DNA of 64,000 nucleotides from assembly GCA_000320545.1 (NCBI GenBank), contig ADNK01002595.1, forward strand, positions 63,632-127,631, in the 5' to 3' direction. Position 1 is the stretch's first letter. Each line of letters begins with the position of its first letter. Origin of the DNA: Bigelowiella natans CCMP2755 (lineage: Eukaryota > Protista > Cercozoa). Positions 14,570 through 29,734 of the stretch are shown here, piece after piece. A program made the translations under genes and the position numbers. The notes below the pieces were generated by a model, which made no database searches, was not told where the DNA came from, and worked only from the letters and a program-made list of their open reading frames with translations.

Positions 14570-15105
14570 TCACCGACACGATAACTTATGTAATGAACCC
14601 TCTCTCCGCACCTCTTCTGCAATCTGCACTGCATTCAATGCCGCACCCTTCCGGATTTGGTCTCCGGCGACGAAAAACTATGTGGGGGAAGTAAGGGGCA
14701 TAGGACAAGGGGGTGGGTTAAATTGGATAAGTGGAAAGGGGGAGATAATGATGAGATCCATACTACTTTTCACTTCTACTATCTATCATCACGTAGTAGT
14801 ACCTCGAGACCATAGCCCTCAGGCTGGCTCAAGTCTCTTCGCATTCGTCCAACCAAAATGTCATCCTTTCCTGTTGTTTCCAAACAATCAGTTACAACGC
14901 AGCAGCAAAAGGAGAATAGGAGAATCAGAGAATACATCAATGAATATGTCAAGGTCGATGCATATGAAGATGTAATTATTCACACTCTTGTATTATATGC
15001 ATATGTGAGTGCGTATGTTGTTGTTTGATCATACTAAAGTTACCGGAAGCATCGAGAGGTTCAGGGAACTTGTTATTCTCTCTACACACACACACACGAA
15101 GAGAG

Positions 15106-15150
<45 letters not shown>

Positions 15151-15456
15151 CTCAGAATCACAAACGCATTAACCTATTAATACAAAAGATAAACAAAGCA
15201 TTTCACAAAAATATTTAGTTACACAAAATTAACACCTGTCATCAACGACAGTAACTCCAGGAGACTTTGAAAGGATCTCGAGTGCCTATGTACATAGTTC
15301 ATCTTCATCATCATCATCATCATCATCATCTCATTATCATAATCACCACTCATCATCCTAATCAGCCAAACACCACCTCATCTTCGTGCATTGGTGACTC
15401 AAGCGTGACATTGATCGCCTCACAGTGAGCTCGAAGCACTAAATAAACAATGGGCG

Positions 15457-15496
<40 letters not shown>

Positions 15497-15503
15497 AGGA
15501 GAA

Positions 15504-15545
<42 letters not shown>

Positions 15546-15898
15546 ACTACTATCTATAGATTTAAAGAAATATATGTCTATCTATATTAAATATATGTAT
15601 CTACAACAAACCATACTAGCATTGACACCGATGGTGACAATTGGAAAGTCGCAACTACTTGTGCTGCACGTTCCCTCCTCCTCCTCCTCTTATTCTCCTT
15701 TATTCTATTGAACTACTCACTGCATCATCTACATCTCTATCTAGCAAGATACCAGGAACTCGGATACACGTCGCCGTAACAGCAATGTCAGGGGCTGAGA
15801 AGATCTTCTTTGTCTCCTTCACCATCTTCATTTCCTCTTCGTTATATCCTATACGCATTGTATGTGGCCGTTGTGTTTAAATATTATATTTATATAAA

Positions 15899-15956
<58 letters not shown>

Positions 15957-16424
15957 ATGTGTGAAGTACAAATATTTTATATTGAAGCAGCCACCTGTTT
16001 CTTCGATCGGGGAATTATGCGAAAATAGGTTCCAAATGTACCTAATGAGAGGGGGCAGGGATCATAAACATTTAGCTAATATGGCCCGAGCATAGACGAT
16101 AATATGGGGGAATGAATAAGGATTAACTGTCTGCCAAAGATGTCCTGTGTGATAGGATCTCCCGCTACCCAATCCTAGTTAACGTCATCCACACAAACAA
16201 GCAAACTAAACAACATACACACACGGGATAATAATGACTTGCATGCCCCATGTATGCACTCGCACAATGTATACGACGAGGAGGAGGAGGAGGAGGAAGA
16301 TGATGATGATGATGGGGAGGGAAGTGAATGCATAGAAACCTATACCTTCTCTACCTAAACACAACAAAGAATATCATGATGCTATTACACCTTAGCTTGT
16401 TGTTCAAGCTCAGCCATTGCCTAA

Positions 16425-16457
<33 letters not shown>

Positions 16458-17231
16458 CAATGTGTTATATGCTGCCTAGCTGCATTATTGAGCACAGAAC
16501 TCGGTTTAGGATAGAAAGGGATGATGTCAATACCTGCGCTCCGGCACCACTTGCAGCCTTGTAGTATTATCGGATTGCGAAAAGGATGATCGAGAAATTT
16601 GTAGATGAAAAACCCACAAGAATAACACCGATAAAATCAATAAAACGTTGAAGCAGATAATAGTGATCATCATAGGGATGAATCCATACCCCCCCCCCCC
16701 CCCCGCCTCTCCCCCTCTCAAAGCAGCACCGTCTCTAATTCACCTGGTACGTAGATACGACGACACGCTTACAGTTGGCTTTCTAGAAGTATAAGGGGGG
16801 GGGGGGGCGGGACAAAGGCAGTATTACGAGGAGGAAGATGATGATAATATCGTTAATATTCTAAAGGAGAGAAAGAGAGAGAGGAGGAAAAGCAGCAGCC
16901 TCTTCCTCGGTCTTATCACCTGGTGTAGTGGCCACACAACAGTGTTCATAATGATGGTGGAACAGTTCGGGTTGGCGATGATCATAGAGTCCTCCTATAG
17001 GGTGGTATATGATAGCATTCTTAAAAGGTATGCCTGCTGCTGCGTTATGTTTCACTTAAGAGGAAGACGAAGAAGAAGAAGAAGAAGAAGAAGAAGGAAA
17101 AACTTACTGCATCAGGAATAGCCTCTGCGTTCACCTCTGATTTGTGTATAATTATCGACTTATAAACATCTTGTGAGAGTAGGAGAAATACGCATTAATG
17201 GACATGTATTTAAACTTAGTGCACACACACA

Positions 17232-17262
<31 letters not shown>

Positions 17263-17923
17263 GAACATTATTAAGCTATGCATCATACGCTGGTCGCCGT
17301 TTCCTTTTCGGTGAATATTCTACGCATAACCGGTGTTATCATTATTGTTTACCAGGGACAACAAGCGGGCACTTGGGGTCCATTCGAAACGCAGATGAGT
17401 TGTCAATCACCTGAGTTGATAACATACATCACAGCTGTTATCGTTTATTCTTATCCCATGATACGCACAAACTACCAGCTACGAACATGCTCCTATCTAA
17501 GACTGCGCTGAGGAGCTTAGAAGCGCTCTCATTTACGTCTTTTTTCTTCTGATCGTCTTCTCTCCCTTTTCTATGACTCCTTCTGTTGTTCTAATCCTTG
17601 CTGCTTATGTTGGCGCTTCATTACCAAGCAACCCGCTTTTCCTGCAGCCGGCCCGAATTCCTTTGACTAATAAATGGATAGTGATAGATGGTGGAATAAC
17701 AATGATGATAGTAGATGATGATGATAATCAATGATCATCGATTTTAGATGAAGGGCCATTTAGTACGTCACATGCACATGCACACACAAAATTATAGGTA
17801 CATCAAATACACATATGCAGAGCTTACCTGAGATCCTCCAGCACTAAAGAAAGCAATATCAACGTCGCTGAATGAGTCTTGATAAAGGCGGGATAAGAAG
17901 AACACGGTCATCAATACGATTGC

Positions 17924-17960
<37 letters not shown>

Positions 17961-18793
17961 TATATACATGCTTGTAGATCCAGAAAAGAGGGGGGGGGGG
18001 GGGGAAGGAGAGAACATGGCAAATATAAGTGAAAATAGCGTATCATCACCTTCTGTAAGCTCCTCGACGGTCAAGTTCTCTCCTTTAAATGGAATCTGAG
18101 CATCAAATCGGTCAGACCCAAGTAGTCCGCGATCGATAATAACAAAGATAGCACATGGCGGTGTTTGAACACGCGACAAAGGGAGATGTGACGTTCATCA
18201 CGGCTCTTTTTACTTGTTTTCCCGCCGATCTGGCAGATGCGAGTAATTTCAAATTTTTCAGGGGAAATTTGCGCTCATCCAACAACTCCAAGAGTTCCTA
18301 CATGTGATTGGAATGGTACTACATTAGATTGATATATGTCCCTTCCAGGTATTGAATGTCAAGAATCATGCCCATAACAAGTAAGATTATGCTGTTGGTA
18401 ACGGTGTACAATCCATAAATTTACGATTTACGACTTTTTGGTGGCGTTTCATAGTCTTAAAGGTTTCAGCTTGCCAGTGTGTAAACGCACCTGGCCGACA
18501 GCGCCTGTAGCTCCAGCAATAGCGACAGTGACTGAGTGGTAGCACACATGATTAGATGATGCTTCTATCTTGTTCATTCTTACATTTTTATCAAGAATCT
18601 GTAATTCTTTTACCAGGAGCTGTAGAGAAGGCACGTTGCTGTGAAAGAAGCACGGACTGAGAACACAAACAACTGCACATCAACACATTGAATGCCGGCC
18701 GTAAAACTGCGAATGAAATCACAAAAAATACTCTACAAGGTTGTGTTTTGGGATCGATCGTAGCGTCTTTGCGAGAGATGGAGTACGAAGCAT
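14570..18793 (-). CDS. asd: Aspartate-semialdehyde dehydrogenase (plant/cyanobacterial-like type), multi-exon; 3' end approximate
   Basis: [31 protein letters not shown], catalytic [58 protein letters not shown] and [17 protein letters not shown] were all recovered across GT-AG introns. Confidence 0.95.
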
Positions 18794-19488
18794 CGTGAAT
18801 GATAAAAAAGGGGGGGGGTCGCAGAGAAGCGGCGCGGTAGGGTATCGGTCTCTCGTTTGGCTATGATAGTAAGCGCTAGCTTCCTTTCCTTAATCCTCAT
18901 ACATATATAAAGAACGCAGGACATTTCATTGAAAAAGTTCGCCAAAGTGCGAGGAATTTTCAAAAACGATCACGCAGTGCAACCTCGGAAGATTCTGGGA
19001 AGGCTGAATCTTCAATTACCCTGCAAACATCGTGCTTTTTCTTTCCCACCAAATTATAGGCTCTTGTCGCGCTAGTGGATGCGTCGCTGCCACGTGTCAG
19101 CAAACTTACACAGTTGGAAGATGCGACTATATATATTACATGTCGTAAAGTAAAAATTTAGATCATTTAACAACAAATTGTAACATCCAGACAGTTTGCG
19201 TCTACGTCAACAAATTTGTGATGTCGCACGTGTATCATCTAGCAAATCGGAAAGAACAAAAGTGTCCGAAACTGATCTAGATTCATAGATCGTAAGAGTA
19301 CGAAGCCGGCGTTTCGTTCCGTAACTGTCGTAGACCAATCGCAAATTCTCTATTGCTGTATTAATAATTAGACAAATTTCCAAGCCAAGTTTGACCATCA
19401 GATGATAGATTCCCAAATTTTCAACCAAGCGTCGCTCCCCTCTTCCTGGTAATAAGCACCTGTCTGGGCTCGGGTGAGGGGGGGTGCG

Positions 19489-22261
19489 ATGGAGGGCGTA
19501 TTAGGCGACTTGGAACCGCTCGAAAGGCTCAGCAAGCTGCTTAGCGAGTTTGAAGGTCTGAGCATTTTTTTCCTGCATCCCCCTTTTTGACAATACGGTA
19601 CACTCTATCTATCCAAGACGAAGTTAATTCACAATGCCATTAAGATAATGCCTCTGAGCAATGCAATGGTGATGGTGCAGGCTATTCAGTATTGCGATTC
19701 CACTGGAAGCGGCTTCTTGGCCGTATAAAGGGCATTAAAGTTCAGCCTAAGGACTATGAGAGCGTCCAGAATGAAATATATGGAGTCCTCGAGGAGGTTA
19801 GCAAAATGATCCGGATTCACAAAATCTAAAGTTACAACATGCCATGATTGAACAATGTTTTCGATTCTCTATCACGCCCCGTTCCTTTCTCCCCTCCACC
19901 CGATTTAACCCAGCACCGTCATCCACATTTGATATGCATGTCCGACACCCCCCCCCCCCCCCCACACACACATCTCTATATATGTGTGTGTGTGTTTACA
20001 CATATATGCTTTTATAAAATGTGCAGAGTATTCTAGTATGGAAGAAGTTGAAGGATCCAGATGAGGTTGTTAAACAGTCTATATGCACTATAACGAATGC
20101 ATATCCCTCGAGTGGTTATTGAGCCGATGGTGTAATGGCGCCATTGTTGGATATCTAGTGACTCTGTTTTTACAACTGCGTCGTAAATCATAATCCGTTC
20201 TATTTGTATTCCCTTCGACTTTTAATCGAAGTGGCTGCTACCCCAAGAACATACACCAAACTCACACAACCTTTAGCGGAAATGGGAAGGAGTACGGAGG
20301 GACAACATCCCGGATTCGAAGGTAGAGGGCGACGAGACAAATACAGACGGCAAGGATAATGAGCCTCATGCAGAGATAGGAAGGAATGAAGAGGTACAAA
20401 AGAATTAAAAATGCGTAAAGTTGAAAAGAAATCGACTTTTGCCAGTACATAACAAATTCAATTATTTATACTTCTCTACTTCAATACGCACTTGCTTTAG
20501 ATCGATCCAGTGTCAGATCAGGACAGGATGATAGTTGAAATTGAATACACGGAGTTGAAGGTGATTACACCTCGCAGTGATGGGGAGAGGAGCTGTAGCG
20601 TGGAGAGAAATATAATTTTCATGTATTCTAAGCTTTGATATTCGGATTGGCACCATTTCTAATGATCCTAACCATCATTGGGGTGTACCATTTTTTTATT
20701 GGTAGTTGCACAGGATACTATACACGAGGCCAGAAGAGTTTTTCAGCGTCGGAAAATTCCAGAGAAAAGTAATGCATTCTTCTACTTCAGAGCTTGTTAT
20801 CCCTCTTCCTCAATAGAGTCGTGACTGTTTTGCATCCACCTCAGGTTATCTCCGAGTTTCCTAATCCGGAGGCGAAGATGCCAATCTATGGAAGTCAGTA
20901 CTGTAACTGTTGTTTTGCACCGTTGCTGGGATATCTACTGCCAGTATGATTGAGCAGACCGATGATGCCAAATAATAGTACAACGATTGATAACTTGACC
21001 GACAACTCAGGTCGTAACAACTTTCATGCTGTGCTGTTCTGGGCAAGGCATTTCGGTGTGCGCGACATAGTGGATACAGACACCCTATCACTCAGTTTGC
21101 ACCTAGAGCTGCTCACCCAGACTAGCAGCGACAGCTTCTCGGCGGGGGAAGGCACATTCGAGGCCATTGCTGACAACAATAACCCTGTTGCTGTGGACGA
21201 ATGGCAAAGAAAGAAAAACCCTGTATCGGTTCATCCGTCTATATTAAAAAGGATGGTTGAGTCACTCCATCCAAAGGGCTTTCGAGTTAAGAACGCTGGA
21301 GTCAGGTTACCTTACAGGGCGGAGTTCGGTGTCGGCAAGATCCACATATCGCTTGCACAGTGGGTAGCGTTGACCAAGCTCTTCAATCCGAATCCGTAAG
21401 TCGCTGACCTTCTTCATCACAGTTTGATTACTTTGCGTATATTCTACATGTTATGATTGTAAACCCCCAACCCCCCCCCACTTCTACTTCTCCAATGATA
21501 CTGTCTAGCTACTGGAACATCGTTTCGATGGTGGAGTGTATGTCGGATGTAGTCGATATGAACGGCACGCGCTATCCATGGGTTTTTCTCTCCGGTATGA
21601 GTCAGAACGACCTCAACGCCATCCTGCGTAAGCATCGTTACTACTGTGCGGCCACACTCTCCTCAAGATGGTGATGATACCTTTTCTTTAAGATCAATAG
21701 AAGAGAGTCCCATTTATGTGAAGGGCATTTTCAGCAGAGGGGTTATTAGGTTTTTTTTATAAAAAAACACTCCCATTATGTGCGCTCAGCATTCCTACAA
21801 ACTCGTGTAGTAGCGTTAAAAAAACAAGATCAAGTTTCAACAACATCATCAATCCTAGTCGTCGGCATAATCACCATCACCATCATCAACAACAACAACA
21901 ACAACAGCACCATGAAACCACCAAACCGCTATCATATTTTTTTGTCACGATGCCTCTTCTGTCAATTATCGTTCTTATCAGTGCAAACATTGTGATACGG
22001 ACACCTCATGGAATTCAAAACACCAAAGGAGAGTCATCATCCACTGTTCTTGACCTGCGAGACACTGTCGATTTGAAGCAGGAAAGTGTTCGTCAGAAGT
22101 TAGTCGCGTCTCTATCCACCGTCCATCGTAAATTCCAAGAGTCTACTACCGACCTTAAAAAGTAAGTAGCGTGTTAAAGTCACCCCCCGCCCTCTCCCCC
22201 TCTTTTTCTCTCTCTCTTCACCAATCTTTAAACATGTGCACACACACAAAATGTGTGTGTG

Positions 22262-22303
<42 letters not shown>

Positions 22304-22805
22304 TTATTTATACAGCGTTCGCAAACATGTACTACGTGTGCTCTCATTACCTCCCTCTAATCAGATCAAATAGTATTACATTATTAACATCGAATTATTC
22401 TTTGCTGCGAAAGGGACAAAACCTTCTCGATTACGGACTTGATCCGGCAGCAAGAGATGCTTAAAGTTGACGGAATAGAATGGCAAAAACCGCTAAATGG
22501 CCTCGACGAGTGGCAAAAGCCTTCCTATAGACCGTCGTCGCGTGCCAACTCACTTCCCGATGAAATGTCAAGTAAGTACTAGGAAGGGAAAATCTTCAAA
22601 GAAATAAGAAGTCCCCTTATTGTGTCTGGTGTGCGCTTGTTGATAATTTTTGACGACATACATAGGCAGCGTAACGCAATTCCACATATCTCCTCGTAGC
22701 CAGCAACTTCTGAGGATAAATACCAATGGACGCCACAGTCGCCCCACCTCCAGCGGGTACACTGCAGTAGTTTAAGTCTGTGTGTCTGTGTGTGTGCATG
22801 TGCGC

Positions 22806-22836
<31 letters not shown>

Positions 22837-23585
22837 AAATTTTGAGATAACATCAAACATTTAATTAACGTTGGAACGTTGGTTTCGTGGTGTGTGTTGT
22901 GTGTGTGTTGTTTACGCACTTAAGGGGTGCCACCGAAAGCCGCCATCACTTCTTCAAGAGGGTTCCCAGCTCCAAGGTCGAGAGTGGAGATGAGACGCTT
23001 CTTGATAGCCTTGAAAACACAATTCTCGGGCTATTTTCGCGCTATCACCGTGTGGCCAACGAGTGTGAAGCTGCGGAGAATGAGCTGTCCGGGTGCCACG
23101 ATAATGCAGAACGTCTAGACCTCCACCTGAAGGCGCTTCGAAAGCGAAGGGACGCTACTGATAAGAGGGTCTCTCTCCCCCCCCTGTCCTAACCTATTAT
23201 TTCTCCTACCCTTAACACGTACAAACGTAGATCAACATTATCAGCTCCAACATAATAATACCGCAACTACGACTCCTCTTCTATCATCACTATTATTACG
23301 TGTTGTAGGTAACCGAGGCCTTTGGGCGGTTTTCGCAATCACAAGAAGAGCTCAGGATAGCGGAGGGACGCGTTGAAACCTCACGTGCGGCTGTTTTAGC
23401 CGCCGCAGAGCGAATTCAAGAAACCAAGATGAAGCGAACCAGAATTTCAAACGTATGTAGGAACAATTGCAGCATCAGTATCATTATATGACTACGCCGT
23501 GTCAATATTTGGACGCCAGAATCTGCTTCTTTATTCTACTGATATTATTATTCCTTCTAATCTCTTTCTTGATGCACCAAGCAAG

Positions 23586-23622
<37 letters not shown>

Positions 23623-24270
23623 TTTACATATGTAACATTCATAAGGTCACGGAGAAAATGCGGCAGGAGTTGGAGCAAGCGAGGCGTAGTGCACAAAGGG
23701 CACGTGCTGCTGCTGCGCGTGTACGTATTGTGAAGCGGCAAAGGTCTAATCTCACCATGCAGCTGGAGGAAATCAAAGTCCAATTAAAGAAGTACCGGGG
23801 GGAGAGCAAAATGGCGGTTGTACGGAGTAAAAGGGCACTTCCAGCTCAGAGCAGCGGCGTTGTATCACCCCCTTCACATGCATTTAATCAATCCCCAGCA
23901 GCTTCGCGCTTGCATTCAGGACGATCTCCACGGGAGAAACACTCTCCAGGAGTAAATAGCAACAATAGCCATCGCATGCAAGAACTTATTGAGATGCAGA
24001 GCATACAGGAAGGTACAGTGCATGCTGATAATGATCACAAAAATGTAATGATAGTAGTAACAATGGGAGGCGCTGGTGAATGTAAGAGATGGGATCTTGC
24101 AATGCTTCCTTCCGTTGATTCACATCCATTTCGTTTCCCTTAATGCCGTGGAACAAGTCCAAGGAAAGAGCAGACACACTCTCAATAGAGAGGGGAAGAG
24201 AGGGTGAATAGGGGGGCGAAAGGGGGGGGGTAAGTAATGCCCTTTCCATCGATATACACTGACACACACA

Positions 24271-24309
<39 letters not shown>

Positions 24310-24978
24310 TCACATACACTGAAACAGAGGACGAGATGACGCCTCGCGACTCTGATTTTGTCGCTTCCATCAAGAAAAATCTGAAAGATCACGAGCAAGT
24401 TCATGAAGAGGTGATGGAGAAAGCTCAGCAGGCAGAACGTGAATGGGCGGAGATTGTCAAATCAGCCAGGGCCTCGCCTCAGAACAAGAACCCCATTATC
24501 AGCAATCGTAATGAGGACGGTGATGACAATAAGCATGATCCAGAAGAAGAAGCAGCGACAGTGAGATCTCGTCTTCCTCCTGCATTGACGGTTCTCACGG
24601 ACGGAGAAGAGAGCAAGAAAGAAACAACAAGAACTGCTTTGACAGAAAAGAAAATAACGGTTAGCGAGGAAGATGGATTGGAGAATTCCGAGAATGACTC
24701 TGATGACCCTGTCGTCAGCTTCTATCTCGAGAAGGCAAAGGGCAATGAATCGTACGAATACTTCATCTTTTCTTCTCTCGCTCTTTCAAATTCTTGCTAA
24801 CGAAACGAAATCCCTCGAGCCCAATACCCAAATTTGCTATGCTTTCTATGATACCAGGTACATGCAGCAGCTCTCTCAGAGGCTTCATCGCACGGAGGCA
24901 AAGACCAAAGAGCAACAGAAGCGATTGGCTCAGGATGTTCAATCACTTGAGTCGAAGCTGAAAGAGCTCGAGTAGCTG

Positions 24979-25017
<39 letters not shown>

Positions 25018-25760
25018 TATGTGTGTGTGTGTTGTGTGCACCGTCATAATTAGCATCATGATATTGTAATCATCCCTTCCTCTTCAGGTCTAAATTGATG
25101 GATGATACGACTCAGCGAGACAGCGTCTCTTCGCTCAAGCAGAAAGCTCACGATGATGCTCGTGAATCTGCGGATGAGATAAAACGTATTCAGGTCTCCA
25201 TTGTAGAGCACCAGCTGCGCAAGAAGGCCAACGAAGAATCCCTAACCAAAGCAAAAAAGAAAACCAGGACCTTGCAAAGGGCGCGACAAGTAGCATTGCA
25301 ACTCTGCAACGAATGCGTGGATCAACTCTCTGTGACAACGGTGCGAGTATTTAATGACGCGTGTGGGGTACGTTCTTTCGCTAGCTTATCTACTACTGTC
25401 GGTTAGTTTTCTTACACAAAATAGAGAGAGAAATGGAGATGCAGGTTTCTGGTCGCTGCTTTTACTTCATATTATCATACTTCACTATTGTCTAATTATC
25501 CTACTATTCTATTCTTTTACATAATTTCCCCCTCAGGATTTCCAATCTCTCTCCTCCTCTTCCTCCTCCTCCCAAGACGTTGTGCGTGTATGCTCCGTGT
25601 TTTTATCGCTGATATCGCAGTTGCTGGCCTTGTCACCAGATAGTAGCTATAGACAATTTCTGCAAAAGTTTCTTACATACAAACGATGCGATCTTTCTCT
25701 CCTCCCACTCCTCACGCCAAAGAACATCGAACGGTAGTACTCATATTCAACACCTAATAC

Positions 25761-25800
<40 letters not shown>

Positions 25801-26643
25801 CCAAACGGTATTATACTAAGAAGAAACACCGTCTGCTATGGTGTAGCTACAACTTCTGCTTTCCGAGCTCAACTTTAGCTCACGAGGCGGCAACCAAAGC
25901 TCTTGATCACCGCTCTTGGCTGATATTTCTGGGGAAGCTCTCTCTCATCGATAATTGCTCTGTCTTCCATTGTCTGGAGAAGAGCTATTTTGGCGAACAG
26001 CGTAGAGACGGTGTTGATTTGTATGGCGACGGAGATGCAGATGATGATCATCCTGTAGTAAAGGTTAGGGAAATCAAGGACTCGCCTATCGTACGTGCAA
26101 TCTTTGAGTACTACCGGAAAATGAGTCGTCTGAAAAGAACAACAACTCGCAGTTGTTTATTTGAGTGGTAGAAGTGAGAAGGGGGTAGAGATGTGGAACT
26201 AATTATGCACCCCCCCCCCCTCCCCCTTCCCCTCTCTCTCCCCTCTCCCCCTTCTTCTTCCCGTAAAACACCGCCATTTCCTCTTTTTATCTCTCAGGAA
26301 AAAGTCGGCGACATCAGGCGGCAAGAAGTCGGTGTCAGGGGGAAGGGTGGGTTGGGTGTCAAAGCTGATTGGTATTAGTAGCAACCGTGAAACGGTACGA
26401 TCTGACCCTCACAAACAGCTCGAAATGAACCTACGGGAGCTTATTACTGTTCTCCTGTGTATGACGAGGGGCCTTGGCGAACGAAACATGTATTATTATT
26501 TGCTGCCCAGAGTGCTTGAGCAGCTTTCGATAGTCGTTTCTCCTGCTTCCCCCAACCAAAGTCTCTTCATGTGTGCTGGTGGTGGTGGTGCTAGATGGTG
26601 ATTGTGCGGGAAGTAAATGAATGCCACAACCCTGAGGGATATA

Positions 26644-26677
<34 letters not shown>

Positions 26678-28128
26678 GACACACACACACACACACACAC
26701 ACAGTCACACTCACACTACACATCCTTAATTCAAAGATATATATCGCACGTCCTGATGAGCGCTGCGTGTTGCGACGTTGGACAAGTGTTCCAGTGGATT
26801 TCGGAGATGGCCTCGGTGTCCAAGATCCTGCAGTATTGGGAAGAGTTTAAATGCCTCGTGTACGATGCGATGATGCATAGCAAAGAGCAGAAAGACATCA
26901 AAGAGCATGGAAATAATCAACAAAACAGTAGCACCACCGCCCCCATCAGTATCAGTAAGAAAAGCTCTAAAGCACCCAAAATCATCATAGACACCAAATC
27001 TGCAGAAGGTGACGATGATGGCAAGAACCAAAACGAAGGAAAAGAGAAGAAGGATGACATAACAAGCCCTACCGAAGCAGAAATAGCAGAAGGAAGGGGA
27101 GACAGAACTGAGAAGACTTCTTTGCGACAGGAGCTCTCTGATATCATCACAGGCAATGAGCACTACTTGTTCCAGCCAGGATATAAGCACAAGGTGCAAG
27201 TAGTATTAGTAGTAGTATTAGTAGTAGTAGCAGCAGCAGTAGTAGTGTGATTGGCGGATATGGTAGTAAGTAAGCAGTGGTACTTAGAGTATAGAGGAGA
27301 CGTGACAATAGAATAGTCCTAGTTGCAGCAGCATATCATCGTCCGTTATCAATGCACACTCGATAACGAGCTCTGAGATGAAATAATAATCTATACCGTA
27401 GGCCTTCTCATCTAACTTTATAAAGCGGAGGGGATTGAGCCAGGGCGATAAAGTTCAGATCCTTGAAGCTGTTTACGGAGAGCGCGAAAGTGGGTATCGT
27501 TGGCAGGCAGCGACGGTGTTAAGGAAGTGCATTGATGGAGAATCGCACCGTATAACACTGGAACTTCTGGACGAAAAGAAGCGGAGACATACAGTAATTG
27601 AATGTGAAGAAAGAGACATTTGGAATGTAGTCAGAATCCGTCCCAATTCTGTCATTGAAGCGACATACTACACCTCAGACTAAAGCAGCGAATTCATCAT
27701 CATCGTCATCATCGTCATCATCGTCATCATCGTTCAATCGCAAATTGTTCGTACCTTAAGTTAATTGCTCGTTTTTACGTATTATTCAGGTATCACCATT
27801 CGACTGCTTCAAGCTTGAAACAGTCACGGTTACCAAGCAGTCAAAGCTCAACCAATTCTCCGGATATAGAACGTCAGATACAACCACAGAAGGGAGGGGG
27901 AGAGGAGGAAGTGTTCGGAGCTCCGATACCGAGCTTCAGCAGCAGCAGCCGTTTGAGGCTAGTTTTAAAGAAGATAAGTCGGGGCTTCATGGGTGGATTG
28001 CAAACATCGTACGATACCGTAAGCTTCGAGCCTCTTCGGTTATGCTGATGCCTCGATCTACCACCACCTTGTCACACCAACGGGAAATACGACGAGCAGT
28101 GTTGACAGGAGAGGTAATAGTAGTAGTA

Positions 28129-28159
<31 letters not shown>

Positions 28160-29547
28160 CTGCGATCATACTGGTAGTAGTAGTAGTAGGTCACACACTT
28201 GAGAGGCAGTTCTTTAATCATCACTGCTACTACCTGTTGATTCAGGATATGCCACGAATTAAGCGCCCAGGCGAGCATTCTGAGCTGATGCACGAGTTGG
28301 AGCTTCATAGATCTTGGATCCAATATGACGAGTTCAGAACAAATAAGGTATTTGGTGGGGTGTGCTCCTGGGTAGACAAGACAAAGAAACAATTGTACAC
28401 AAAAGCCATATACATCAACCTAGTCAACAATTCTGATCTCCACGCTCATTCCCCCCCCCCCCCCCCAACCACAGGTCGAGTGGCCATGGCCAACGCTCCT
28501 ACATTTATTTATCGACAATGCCGGATCTCGACAGAATTTACGCGATCCTAGCGAGATTGTGAGGAGGCTTCTCACATGGGACTCAGGGTGCGATCATGTC
28601 TCCACTTCGTTGTTTTATGTGGTGATGAGTTCATTGAAAGAAGATATCCTTTCATCAAATTCGAGGGTTTTGGCCGGAAGGAAAGTGGTTGCTAGAAGCA
28701 AGGCGCGAAGCAAAATTCTCAAGACCGTCGATCGTGAGAGACGTATACCAATGATGCTTGCACTGAAGAACCACAATAAGGTGCGAGGAGGAGGAGGAGG
28801 AGGAGAGTTACTCTATCCCCCTTGCTCCCTTCCTTAATTAAAAACATTTACCAGTCAGATGATTAAGCATATATTCTTCCTAGGTACAAATGGTATCTTA
28901 AGAAGTGCTTTGTGCTATTGTTATAGTCTCGACTATCGTGTACCTGGTTCTGATCTTTGTTTTTCTTAGGTTTTATTCCAGATATTATTCGAGGAATCGC
29001 ATGAATCGCTCATGCATCACCGAGACAACACCGGGACTTCACTCTTGCACTATTTGGTGCGCTCACCGCTTTTCTCCGCAGAGGAGATATTCGCACATGA
29101 TCTCAGTAGACCTCTTGACATAGAGGTACAATTCATATTAAGGCCAGAGCTCGTAAGAATGGCAATTGTAGTTGCCATCATTACCCCCAATGTTACACTG
29201 CGAATATCTATAAATAATGACATGACGCCGTGCGTGTGGATATCATCAACAACAGGTCAAAGAGCCAAATGCAGAGCTTAAGATCTGGCTGGAATTGAGT
29301 ATAAATCGCAACTACGTCATCGTTGATGCATCGTCCGCAGCTAAGAACTCCGGGATAATCCTCGGCTCTAAGCTGACGTATGTGAATAACCGAACGCCGT
29401 CGCTTGCTCCATTGCACGACACAAAACATGCACCGGCAACGATGATGCTACTGCTACCGACGGAGAAGAAGGAGTACCCAATCAAGATCAGCCTGATTTT
29501 ACCAGACGGGTTGTTGTTGAGATATGCACATCGTTATTGATATATTA

Positions 29548-29581
<34 letters not shown>

Positions 29582-29698
29582 CGTTTCTTGCCGTAGTCTC
29601 TCCTATATGAGTGGGTGCGTATGAGTGCCACTGCAATTTATGATCAACCTTCATCTTCAAAACCATGCCATGAATCACCACTTTCATCTCTACTTCTC

Positions 29699-29734
<36 letters not shown>

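Noticed and set aside
19089-19100. G-box/ABRE-like GCCACGTGTC in the asd/channel divergent promoter
   Set aside because: A single short motif, expected by chance, with no supporting context.
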